Source: Camelus ferus (Eukaryota). Taken from it: 64,000 nt of DNA. Position 1 is the stretch's first letter, and every line of letters starts with the position of its first letter. This document shows, one piece after another, positions 39,950-52,233 of the stretch. The stretch covers positions 87,732,001 through 87,796,000 of the forward strand of contig NC_045696.1 of NCBI RefSeq assembly GCF_009834535.1. The letters run 5' to 3'. Below the pieces are notes generated by a model. It saw only the letters and a program-made list of their open reading frames with translations, did no database searches and was not told the origin of the DNA. A program made the position numbers and the translations under genes.

Positions 39950-40440
39950 AACCTTCCATTTTTCTTTTAAACAAGCAAATTCGGACTAAGCACATTGTTA
40001 GCGGTTTCCTTTTAACAAAAGTTTTATTGTAATTAAACTCGATCATTATATTATACCTCCCCCCACCCCCTTACAAACAAATGAAGTTTGCTAAGGTCAA
40101 GATTAAATTTTGCCTCTGGTTACCAGCTGAGCCAATGGTTAGCTACATGACCAGAATGTGTGTGTCTATCTGCATGTTAGAATTGTGTCAACTGAATTAT
40201 TTTAAGAACATAGATTTCCCTTTTAACATAATCTCCTTCCTCTATGCCTTTTTTCAAAAGACAGGTTATTCCCACATTTTATCATACAACAACTGAACAG
40301 CTATGGTCTATCAATAGATATCTACAGATACCACCGAGTCCTGTTTGAATGTGCCCTCTTTGCCCTGATACAAGGAGGGCTTCGGGTGGGAAAAGGGCAT
40401 CTTATTGCTATGATTTCAAAGGTCAAAGAACTGGAAGTAT
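39950..40440. promoter_or_regulatory. Candidate conserved non-coding element
   Basis: Repeat-free with retained CpGs; CATTGTT, GTAATTAA, CAGCTG and AAAGGTCA (40418). Confidence 0.3.
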
Positions 40441-42429
40441 TGAAAGCCCTTTTATTAATTTTGTCTGTCTTATTCTTAAGAACACAAAATTATATTCTGC
40501 TCTGTTTACTAAATCAGAATAACTGTTTTCACTTTATGTGATAAATTGACATGTCTATTTTTGGAAACAATAAACTGAAAACAAGTGAATCACTAAATTA
40601 TTCTAAATAGGGAATGGGAATATTTTCCAATTTAAGTAGGAACACTATTTTCAAAATGTATGTCATAAAGGAAGCCAATCAGGAGCCAATATAAAATCAG
40701 AACACTAAAAAAGGAAGGAAAGCTGTACTGATAAGGTATTTTATAAGATGTATTTTTTTCATATTTACTAAAATAATTATTATAGATTACTTTATTAAAT
40801 GAAAAATTTTCACCAGCTTCTACTCTGTGCAGAGTGTTGTCCTAGACACTAGAGTTAAACAGTTAATCAACCTTGTGCCAGTCTTCACAAAGCTCACAGT
40901 AGCTTAGAAAATAGTCAAGGAATCAGACAATTGCAATAGAGTTTGGTAAGTGACATAATAGAGGTATTGAGCAATATCACTTTTCGATGATTCAAATAGT
41001 GGTATAGAAATAAAGTTGAAATAGATGAGAGTCTAGGCAACAATGGGTGATGATTTCTATTCTCTGTTAAAACCAGAAGTAGGATTTTATTATACTGCTA
41101 TGTTGTTTTTTTTAACTCAGGTCTTCTAAAACTCAGTATTTGATTCTCAGAAATCCTCATAAAGATCTTTTGTCTAAAAAATAAATCAATCTTCACTGAA
41201 GAGTAAAGAGTCCTGTGATTAAAGATGGTGAACTGAACAGTTTTAGTTCCACTGTGTAAACAATCATCTCCTGTTTATTGCAATATAGCTGTAACCCTTT
41301 CTTGTAAAGCTGGATGAACACATAACTTCATTTATTACCTCGGTAGCCTCAGTTATCTTCCTGAAAGTTATGAATTGATAGTTACTGAATAGCTAGCCTT
41401 CTCAAAATTATTCTTTGTGGATTATCAAATCACCTGAAATGACAATGGAGACACATCCTTCTTCATTAAATATCTGTCTCTCCAGAAATCAAAATATAAA
41501 TATAAATTGTGTGAGTCATAACACACTTACTTATTGTCCATTAAATGTTATTATTCATCTCCTTGAGGATGACATTGGGAAAGGGGAGCTCAAGGGAATG
41601 GGTATTAGATTCATCAGAGAACGCTTGATGTGGGCACCAAGGTAAGAACTCTGCCAGGATTCTCTAGAAAGGATTTCACTTGATATTCCTATAAAGCAGT
41701 GATTTTTTTTTTAAGGAACTGGATTAGGATTTAGAAAACCTAGTTTCAGTTTTATGCTCTGCCATTAACTAGCCAACTGGTCTAGGGTGTGTATGTCATT
41801 TGAGTTGATTTGGTCTTATTTTCTTAATCAGTGAATGAAGAAATATCACCAGCAAACTTTCAAGGCCTTTCCAACTCTGAGTTTTGAATAACGTGAACAT
41901 TATAATTAGAAAACAGCAGAACAAAAAGCTGTTGAAAATGGAGACATGACATTGGGAACAGCTGCAGAGATGAGCTTGGATATTACAAATTTAGCCTAGG
42001 GCCTGCCCATCGTCCAAGGTGACTACTTCATTATTTTGAATAATTCCACCAGATTGTGTTGGGTTTTTTCCTCTTTTTTGTTTTTTTACAATAACGATCT
42101 TTCAAAAACACCAGGTTAAAATAAATATTTAACTAAGAAAAATGTGTATGATCAACTCACTTTTATTCTAATAACAGAAACTTCTACTCTCCTATTTATA
42201 TTCAATTGGATTTTATACTCATACCAGTAACTATAGATTCATCGTTGTTTTTATGTTAAATGTTCTTAAAGTTAACATGACCACATCATTTGAAGCTCAG
42301 ACCAAAGGAGAAAAACTGAATCATGCTCATTTTTAAAAGAAGATGAAGAGGAACATTATGAAAGTTTCCAGATGATCAGCAACTCCCAGAAACTGGTTTG
42401 TCTTCATTTTGAGAAACTTCCTTTTACAT

Positions 42430-43000
42430 TCAGTTTAATGCATTTAGGAGTAAATCATTCAGGAAGTCGATAAAGATTCATTACTTAACTACGGGGAAGT
42501 CTAAAAGAGCAGTTAGCAGCAGCTGTGTGGATTTACTGCTTGTCTACTCCACATCTAGGGCATAATGGATATCCCGCAATTTGGGTAATGCAACATTATC
42601 TGTGTTGATTGTAGATATTACGGCAAGATATTATGCTTTTTTAAAGAGTGCTTTAAAGTGAAACAACTACATGATGGGTAAGGAGACATTATCCATCCTG
42701 GGGTAAAATTTTCTTGAGACTTCACCATTCCAGTAAAATAAGAGTTTGGAAACACCTTCTTCAAGAAGGAGAACAGTGTTCAGGATTGGCAGGGCCCAAT
42801 GACACATTTTGCAAATGAAATGCACCACCTTCATCTCCACAAATGATAAATATGGAAGCAACCAGATGTTGCAGATACCAAACTGACAGCCTGTGTTGAT
42901 TTTGACTCAGAATGAGTTATACTGTTGGGCAGGATGGTGAATGCAGGGGAATCGTTTACATAAAGGAGTGAGAAGACTTTCAAGCTGCCAAAGAATGGGT
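42430..43000. promoter_or_regulatory. Candidate conserved non-coding element
   Basis: Repeat-free with CpGs; CAGCTG (42519), TGCAAAT and TGACAG (42885). Confidence 0.3.
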
Positions 43001-43269
43001 GATAACTATGAAAGATAAAACTATAGCTTAATATTTAAATTTCACCCATCTATAAGAGAATGTGTATCCATGTTTAAAATAATAAAACACAAGGTGACTT
43101 TTGTAGTCTATGATGAATTTAGATACAGGTCCTAAAATATGGTTACTACAATGTAAATCTAAATTTGGGCCAATATTACTAGAAGCAATTTACAACACTT
43201 CAGCAAGGATAGATAGTTCTCTTTTTTCTTTAATATGTAAGAAATGGAGTTCTACGGAGTTCTAATGCT

Positions 43270-43452
43270 TCTGTGCCAGTACTAACTGACAGCTATTATT
43301 TACTGAGCATTAAGTTTCACAACTCTGTGAGGTAGGTATTATTATTTCATCTTTACAGATAAGGACACTGAGGCAGAGTTTAAAGAAATTGACCAAGAGT
43401 GCAGTTAAAAAGTAGCAGAGTCGAGATTTGAACCCAGGGAGATTGACTTCAA
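43270..43452 (-). mobile_element. MIR SINE
   Basis: CTCTGTGAGGTAGGTATTATT...TTTACAGATAAGGACACTGAGGC...GATTTGAACCCAGG. Confidence 0.9.
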
Positions 43453-43453
43453 A

Positions 43454-43455
<2 letters not shown>

Positions 43456-43490
<35 letters not shown>
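43456..43490. repeat. (CA)n microsatellite
   Basis: Read directly. Confidence 0.97.
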
Positions 43491-43492
<2 letters not shown>

Positions 43493-44100
43493 GCCTCTTC
43501 CAATCAGGCCTTTGATTTCATTTATTTGACAACCATTCAATAAACACCTTTAAGCTGAAGTTACTACAACTAGTGTCACAGAGGAACAGGGATAAATACC
43601 ATATAGCTGTTACTCTCAGAATGCTCACAACAATGACATCAGAAGATCGATATGTTACAATTGTGTCTCCCTGTTGCAAATGCCCTTATTAGTCTGCTCC
43701 CCCTCACCTAAGCCCAGCTCCGTGTTTACACGTTCATCTTCAGCTGCTATGGACAGTAGGAGACATTTGCATTTGGGACAGTTGCCTAAGACACAGAAAC
43801 CCTGATATTACTGCTACAGGACACCGAATGATAATGTCACAGGATGAAGACAATTCGTCTCTCTGGTAGCTAAGCCAGATCTCCTGTACTTTCCATATTC
43901 TCATTTCATGTTGATTTTATCCTTCTAAAGCCTCATTTAAGTCACTGAGCACCTTGATGTGGCTGAAATAAAAACTTTCCCATGAAATAACGTAAGTTTG
44001 GGGAAAGCCCACTGGGAAAAAACTAAGCATAGTTTAGGGATTTTGCCATACTTAAACATGTTTTATGATGTGGAGGAGAGTGAGTGGTAGTAGAATTTCC

Positions 44101-44203
44101 ACTAGATTAAACACAGGCTCATAAATTACCCTGTCATAGACCCATGGTTGCTGACAGAGGAAAGGAGACTCCTGGACTAGAAACAGAGGACTTTATCAAT
44201 CAC

Positions 44204-44234
<31 letters not shown>

Positions 44235-44578
44235 GCAGACATCTCAGCATATTTCTGCTGCTCCTCCTTGTCCTGAAGACCACGGGGTGACATGATGGGT
44301 GGAGATGGATGTCTATGAAAGCAGAGAGTTGCACTCCTGCTAAGGAGCTCTGAGTTTAAAAAAATCCGCCACTTTTAGAGCAAGTAGTAACCAGGCATGT
44401 TCTTTGGCCAGAGAGAGACCGAGTGCTATGTTGGACTATGTGATGAATTCCCGGGAGACATTAACTCACTTTTCAAAATTGCAGCTGCAAATACAATCCA
44501 GGGAAGTGGCTAGGGTTTTGGCATCCTTAATAAGACTTGGAGAAGCATAAGAAGCCCACAGCAGACTGCCTCCTAGCA
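44101..44578 (-). mobile_element. ERVL-class solo LTR (family uncertain) with an internal A28 run
   Basis: GACCCATGGTT...ACTCCTGG...GGACTTTAT...GCAGACTGCCTCCTAGCA pattern; A-run at 44204-44231. Confidence 0.6.
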
Positions 44579-44672
44579 ATATTCAGGGCACAAAATAAAG
44601 CAAATGGGGTCTGGTGTGTGAGCCTAGGTGCCTAAAAGATTACATCCAAAATTTTAAACAAAAATCTTAGAC

Positions 44673-44760
44673 TTTTTTTTTAAATTTAAGTATACTCAGT
44701 TACAATGTGTCAATTTCTGGTGTACAGCACAATGTCCCAGTCGTGTACATACATACATAC
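44673..44760 (-). mobile_element. Short young camelid-type L1 3' end
   Basis: T-run plus CAGTTACAATGTGTCAATTTCTGGTGTACAGCACAATGTCCCAGTCGTGTACATACATA. Confidence 0.8.
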
Positions 44761-46034
44761 AAAGAAACTTTAAAACAACTCCTCTGTGGTTTGGAGATAA
44801 CCTGAATCTCTTTTTCACTGAAAAAAAATTTCTTTACTGTTTTATGAAATCACAAGTCGGGGGATGTTTTTTGACCCTAAATTGGAGCTACTGTAAACCA
44901 TGCAAACATCTTTGAAGAAGCTTCATTTCCTGCTGGTGATATCACGGCAGAGGAAATTTTGTGGTTGATGGAAGGACAGGGTGAGAAGTTCCATGGTGGT
45001 CACTATGCTTACACTCTAAAAAAGCAAGCTAAGTGTTTCTTTTATTGCTGGCTCTGCCTGTTTCTCTATGACCTGAAGAAACTCAATTAACTTCTACGCA
45101 CCTGTCCAATGAGGATAACACTACTTGGTCACACACCTCTGAACGGTGTTGTAAGGAAAAACAAGATAATGCTCATAATGCCTTTGCAGAAAGTTCAAAA
45201 GAAACGTAGAAGGAGAGTACAATGCATCCTTAAACGTGAAAAATGTTCTCCTCCAAATTCTTTGACAAGGCTCGGCTAATAGAGAAAAGCATTTTTAACA
45301 CGCTGCTAAGCATAATTTGTTCCTGAGCATCTGCCATCAACGTACTCCCTAGCAGATGGAGCTCCCCAAGCCATAGTCGGCTTCACCAAATCAACCACAT
45401 AGTAGCACTTAGCCCCACATGTGCACAAAATTTGTATTAGTAGATGGGAAAGGGCTTTTCTATCTGCCCTGTCAGTGTAGAAGAAAACTAAAATCAAAGC
45501 AATTTAATCATGATGCTTAAAATGGTTTTAGTCATTTCCCCCTCATTTGACAATAATGGCTTTAAGGACCTACTGTGTAGCAGGGATAAAGCCAGGTGCT
45601 ACACTAACATAACAGACCAGGAGTGGAAGCCCTGTGGGCATGGAACCCCTGAATTTCTTAGTGCAAGTAAATGGTAGCAGCCTGTGCTTTAGTATTTATT
45701 CTGCAGTACTCTGTGTCCTTGTGAGGAGCCAGATCCTCTCTAGGGTAATCCAAAGCCTATTTAAGAGCTGATTTAAAACATGCAATAATGAAATCTCAGA
45801 AAAATTACTTGTCAAGGTAGAACACCAAACAGCATAGAGAACAGACACCTGTGAAAAAATGTCAAGAGGCTTTCTAGGTCACAGCACAGGGACTCTAGCG
45901 AGGGAGGCGCATTCTCTAATGCTCCTGGACAGAGACTGCCATCGGCACAGCAATCGGTGCAAGTTACACAGGCCAGCGCTACTCCAAAAATGGTCCATAG
46001 GGCCCCCCAAACAGGGCCGTCTAACACATTACAC

Positions 46035-46190
46035 GTGGTAGCAGCTCAACCCAGCATATGGGTTATTGAACCTACAAATTTTGGGGCTTCAGCCCAGACT
46101 GAATAAATCAAGAACTACTGGGACACAGGAATCTGTATTAACAAGTTCTCCAAGTGACTCCTGAGTTTCCCCAAATTTGATAAACTTTGA
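46035..46190. mobile_element. Decayed MER5-like hAT MITE; contains the donor of the 96-bp inverted copy
   Basis: CAGACTGAATAAATCAAGAACT...CAGGAATCTGTATTAACAAGTTCTCCAAGTGA...TTTGATAAAC. Confidence 0.65.
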
Positions 46191-46744
46191 TCAAAACTAT
46201 CCTCCTCAATTTCAATCAGATGATAATTATTTAAACTGTCCAGTTGCCTTTAATGTAAATTCACATTAACAGAATGTGTCCTATAAGACAAACACAAATG
46301 TAGAACAGCTAGTGGGCGGGATTTAGTGACTTGTTCCAATTCTACTTCATATGTGGTTCATCTGAAGTTAGCACACAATCTCTTGATACAAGGTACTCAT
46401 AACAGGAGAAGCAGCAGAATGCACTTTTCCATGTGTTTTAGCTGTACTTTGATCTGTCTACTTGATTCAAAGAGCCAGAGAAACCAAGCTGGATTTCAAG
46501 AAAACACCTTAACCAATGGTTATAATGCCAAACACAGCAATCCCGATTGCAGTCTGTTTGCATTGCTTTCTAGCCAACACAGCAGGATGTGTTTTTCACA
46601 AATCTTACACCCCTGAGGATGTAACATGTGGGAGGGAAGACATGGGGGAAGAACTTAAAGCTCAGTGGTTTAATCCCTTCTAAACACAGCAGAGGATTCT
46701 TATCATTATTGGATTGGCTGCTTTGTCTCCTTAGGCAAATAAGG

Positions 46745-46980
46745 CAGCCCTGGTGAGTGGCTCAGAGCATGACCTCAAGCTCAGGATTTGGGTTTCAATG
46801 TAGTTCTTTCATCACTAGCTTGGCAATTTTGTGCCAGTTACTCTGCTCCTCTAAGTCTCAGCTCCCTCATTAGTGAGATGGTGACAATAATAATATTTAA
46901 CTTACTGGGTTGTTATGAAAAATAAATGAATATTTGTAAGAATTTAAAACAATTCTTGGCACACAGAAGAATGATCACAA
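46745..46980 (+). mobile_element. MIR SINE
   Basis: GAGTGGCTCAGAGCATGAC...CTAAGTCTCAGCTCCCTCAT...GGGTTGTTATGA. Confidence 0.85.
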
Positions 46981-49900
46981 GTATAAAATTTCAAATAATC
47001 CAAGCATTTCTAGGTCATGAAATGCAGTGTGATCTCAGATTCATTTTAATTACTTTATGTCTTATTATCTGAACCTTGAATAGTGGTATGATCTATGCTT
47101 CTGTTTTTCCAAGGGTGGGATGGTAGTGGTAAATTATCTCATTAACTTGCAGGAAAAGTCTTCACGTACATGCAGACACCTGTGTTAGTATTCTTATTTC
47201 AGTCCAAGTTAAAATAAATTTTAAAGTATTTTTAAAATAGTCCATACAATAAAATATTTTAATGTTTATTTACTTCAAAAGTATGTCCATTATTGACATT
47301 CCTGCCTTGAAACTGCAAACCTCATTATCATTGGAAAATGAAAATGATACATGAAATAAGATGATACATTTATCCCTTTTGTCATAATTATTGTCAATTA
47401 TTTAATTAAGCAAAATTCTAAGAGGAGTAAACTGAAAGTTAGGGAGGCAGGCTGGAATCTCGGGGGACTGGAAATACCCAGGCATCAATAATTTCATAGA
47501 CTGACAAGTACAAGAAGGGATGTGACTCTGATTGGCAAGAGGTCTCTTCAGCCTGCTGCCCATCTGAGCCTCTGTGTCAGCACAAGAGCCAAAGATCTCA
47601 CTGCAGAATGTCTCACCATGAGTTTCACCAGGTTTATTGGGTCTAGACATTTGGTTAAGGGGGTCAGAGGATGCTTACCATGTGTCATTGGGGCTACAAG
47701 GGCCACTTACCAAATGAAGAGCAGCTCTCTTCCTGAATAGTCTCCATCAACTATGTGACAATTCCAAAAAGAGGAGCCAAATAGTATGACTCATTTCAAA
47801 GTATTAAAAAAAAAAATGCCAACATATTTTACTTTACAAAATGGCAGTCAGCCTACATGAGTAGTGTGTAAATCGAATTTGATAAATAAAATCATTCCCT
47901 ATGACTTTCATTGTGACAATAACAGAAATGATATTCCCACACAGGGAAAGGTCTTTGTACCATCACTGAACCACACAAAAAGTATTAGGTCAAGGCTGGG
48001 AATTAACAGGATGAAAATGGAGTCAAGAGAGCATGTCTGGGTGATAAGCTATGTGACTCTGGGTAAGATCCAAATTATCTGAGCTTCTATTTCCAATATG
48101 TAAAGTAAAAGGTGAGGGATTCCAGAATTTTTTCATCTCCCAGTGTTTTTTCTTTACATGAGAAAAACCTTTTCTCAATTATATATTAAAAGTAACTCAA
48201 TAATCCCATACCACTAATAAAAGTAAGTCAACAGCCAGTGACTATGCGAAATTCTATTTTATAGTACCAGAATATTTTGTAGCTGCTACAGGTATATTGG
48301 AGAAAAACAAATAAACAAACAAAAACAAAAAACCCTGCCCTTACAGAGGAACATTCAGTGTATCCATCCATTTAGTGTATACTGAAAGAGAAAACAATGT
48401 CTCACCAAAGAGCTACCTGGAACCCCCATCTCCCTAGAATTTTCTCCTTCATTTTTCAAGCATCATGCAAATATTCAAGATATTGCTGCTGTTGCTGCTG
48501 CTGCTCTTAGTTCCAAACAATGCTTTTAATAATAAGGATACTCTTCCCCTTTAATAAGGTAGGGTAACATTACAGCTGAGCAGAGATGGTCCCTCTTGGC
48601 AAAGCAAAGCATCCTACAGGGAAGATTGAAGATGCAGGAAACACAGGCAAATTGTCATCATTTAACAAATATTTTAAAGCACCTATTTCCTGGACAAAAT
48701 GCTGGGTTCTCTGGATATACTAGAGAACCAGATGACTTTTTTTTTCCCCAGTAAGGTTTTAATGCTCTGAGCAGACAGACAAGCAAGTATACTTAAGAGG
48801 AATCCACAGCGGGTATCCTCTCTGGGAAGATTAGGACAGAGAGGAGGGAAATTAAAGTGCATGGGCTCCCGACTACCTCTCTGTGCAAAGAGTATCACAC
48901 AACATGAGATAAGGCTGAGGAAGTAGAGGAGGAGCAGAAAGAAGTAAGAAATAACATGGGGTACCAGCACTGTAAAAGATTGGAGACATTTCACCTTTTC
49001 TTGAAAGAAAACTTTTATCTTATTATTGAGCAAAACCTCATTAAAAATCTAGTCAAATATCCTCATTTTAGAAATAAGCTCTATGGAGGGTCCATGGCTT
49101 CTTCAGGGCCGCACAAGAAATTACCATGAGAACTTGAGTTAGAACTCCCATCTCTACATTTACCCAGTCCCTCCATGGTCTTTCTCTTTTTTTTTAATTT
49201 GAGAGCAAGAAGGGGAAGGACAGAGCATCTAAAAAACAAAAGCACTATCTACTTATTTTCACCAACATCAATGCACAACTCATTATTTTATTATCCCGCA
49301 TTTTACAATGATAGAAAAAACTGAAAGAGTTCTAAGAATGTGAATTGTAATAGACAGGTGCATGTTGCTTTGGAAAAGAATGACTTATCATCTATGTCTA
49401 AGCCATCAATTACATGATGCATCTAACCAAAACTTTTAGTTCATCATTAACTGACATATGTACAAGGTAAATTCATAACCTCACACTTACCAGAAACGTT
49501 CATTTCCAAAAATAAGATAATAGAAAGCTGTTTAAAATGTATACAACCCCAGCTGAAGGAATTTACACAGTTTAATAAGTAAATCCTGGATTAAAACCCT
49601 AGGAATTCATAATTTCTTTTGTGTGTTGTTCTTCATAGATGATTTTTGAGACTGTTTTCTAACAGTGTAGAAATGCTGCAGTTACATAATGATTTGTGAA
49701 TCAGTGAGAGAATTAAAATTTGTTCATCACAGTGGACAAAAAGAAAAAAATCTAGCATCCAATTCAGTAGCAATGATATCATTTACTCAAACCATAGTCA
49801 TGAAGATAAAATACCAATTCTAAACTATCCACATAAATGGAGATGCAGACAAACCAAAATGGCAGATAATTCAAAGTAACTTAAATTTGATGTTTGCATT

Positions 49901-51215
49901 TTTAAAATTACATTTATATATGGCCAGTGCAAATATTCTTGGAATTGACTCAAGTAATGATATCTATTGAGACACTAGATTGCATTTTCTTCATGCTGAT
50001 CCATGCTCAATTCATCAATATAACCTATGGAGAACAGGAAACCTATCTTTGGACAACTGATGCCAATACAATGTTAAATAGAAATGAACTGATTAAAAGA
50101 AACCTTCCTGAAAAAGAAGCAGTGTTTGTACGTGATACATTATAACTGATGAATTTATACTTAGGGCTGGCATCCATGAGTTGGGTCATCTTAAGAGAAT
50201 CCTAATTTAATGTAGCCATGTTTTCATCCAGGCATTCCTTCCAACAACTATGTATCAAGAACTTACTTTCTATCAGACACAGTGCCAGGTCCTGGAGTAT
50301 CAAGACCAGGAATTATTTCATGTTCTCTGGTGGATTTTTGCTACTGTGGAATGTAAAATGAGGAATATGCAGATAGAACCTTTAATTCATGCACACAGTC
50401 TAGTAAAATCTGACCCAGATGTCAACTGATTGCACTTAGAAATGCTAAAAGATTGCTTTTTCATACGTTTCTGATTATTGTTCTTGTTATTTTATCATTT
50501 TCTATTATTTGCAAAAGTGTCTCATTCTGAGGTTCTGGGTATTAATTATACATATAGTACATGGATTTACAGTATTAAGAACTATCAGGATTCTAACATC
50601 AGAGTGGCTGGAAAAGCTATTAATGAATGAATGAACAAACTCACCTGGCAATCCTCATTTTCTAAAAAATGTGTTTTCTGTTTATATGTCTATTTGTACT
50701 ATATTTTCTTCAATGATAGCTGATATATGATTTGTCTTTATATCGTCTGGTTAATACTCTCCTCTCTTTTATGACATTTTTGAATGACTATTTTCTGTCA
50801 TCACTGTCTTAAGAATGCTGAGAAAGAAAAACATCTGTGCATCCATGAAAGAGTACTAATGAAAATATATTGAAAGCACAAATAAATCCTTTTGTTACTG
50901 ATAAAAAATATTAGCCTCTCTCCAGAAGCAATGGTTGGAGTGTGGTCTGGTGTGCCCTTTGGCTATGAAAAGGCTCCCACATTGTGTGGTTTATTCTCAT
51001 ACACTTGAAAAGCCACATTATATGTTTTCTGTTTTCCCTTTAGTTAAGCTAAGTGAATAATACTGATCAGAGGTCACCCATTATTAGAAGTTTCCAAGTT
51101 ACTCCAGAGAACCAAGGGAAAAATAACTCTTTAGGAAGAGTGGAGAAACACACTTACGGAAGGTTAGGTTTGAAAAGTATTCAGTCTATCAAATATAACA
51201 AAGAATTTGAAAGTG

Positions 51216-51471
51216 AGTAGTCACAGTAACATCCTATTGAGAAAGAATGATTTCTAATTCACCATGATGATTATTTTCTGGTAAGTATCTCGCCTTCTCC
51301 TCTGTTCTTTCTAGCCAAAGTCCACTTCATTGTAACAAAACTCTGTTCTACTGAAACTATCTAATTGTGGGTGTCAGTTAATAATTTTTTTAATTCCCTC
51401 TAATTTATACAGGTTAGTAGACATGCATACAAGACAATAACAATACATTCTGAAATGGGTGCCATGCTATT
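51216..51471 (+). repeat. Copy A of a ~255-bp diverged direct duplication
   Basis: Aligns collinearly with 51974-52233 at roughly 80-90% identity by eye. Confidence 0.95.
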
Positions 51472-51973
51472 GCCCATATTCTCACCAGCCCAGTACCTAG
51501 CACGCTGCAGGCACTGGATACATACAGAAAAACAAAAGTACAAAATCATTACAGATGCTGCCATTGCAACAGTAATTCTCACACCCAAGTTGAAGACAAT
51601 CCAGGAAAATTCCACCGATTAGGATGGCAAAGTAAAGCTATTTTCCCCTTGATATCAAATAACATTCAATAACTACTAAAATTCTCAAATGTTGGAAATC
51701 AATGTAGAAAATGTCCATAAAACAAGGAACAAATCAGAGAATTACTGGTGCCATCTGTCAATAAACTGCCAAGCACAGTTTTTAATAGAATTTTGTATTA
51801 ATTGATATTTGACTGAATATGTGTTCAATGCAGTCTGATTGGAAAAAATGCTCAATGAGCCAGTCAGGCTGAATCATAGGAGCCTTCTGCGCCACCTGAA
51901 GTGAATTGAAATGAAACAACAGAGCAAAGTGTAGTCATTAATCACAGACTGCTCTCAAGAAAAGGCAGCAGAA

Positions 51974-52233
51974 AGTAGTGACAGTGAAAACATCCTGTTG
52001 AGAAAGAATGTCTTCTAATTCACCTTGATGATTATTTTCTGATAAATATCTTGCCTTCCCCTCTGTTCTTTCTAGCCAAAGGTCTACCACATTGCAACAA
52101 AACTAGATTCTACTGAAACTATCTAACTGGGGGTGTCATTAAGTCATTTTTTAAACTCCCTTCAATTTGCACAATTTAATAAGTATATATACAAGATAAT
52201 AACAATAAATTCTGAAATGGGTAGCCATGCCAT
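51974..52233 (+). repeat. Copy B of a ~255-bp diverged direct duplication
   Basis: Shared blocks TGAGAAAGAATG, TGATGATTATTTTCTG, CCTCTGTTCTTTCTAGCCAAAG, TTCTACTGAAACTATCTAA and TTCTGAAATGGGT. Confidence 0.95.

Noticed and set aside
41568..41647. Possible plus-strand exon ending at AAG|GTAAGA
   Set aside because: Weak acceptor and an unrecognised peptide.
45348..45364. CTCF-like CTAGCAGATGGAGCT
   Set aside because: Two mismatches at informative core positions; not supportable without a PWM scan or ChIP data.
36577..46141. A 9.4-kb inversion or a DNA transposon with 96-bp terminal inverted repeats
   Set aside because: MER21 is collinear across the left arm and the MER5-like sequence continues past the right arm; there is no TSD and no transposase. 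A one-way copy fits better.
51216..52233. TRIM/LTR retroelement or duplicated coding exon
   Set aside because: No TG...CA ends, primer-binding site, polypurine tract or TSD; all three frames after the acceptor-like TTCTTTCTAG in copy A reach stop codons quickly.
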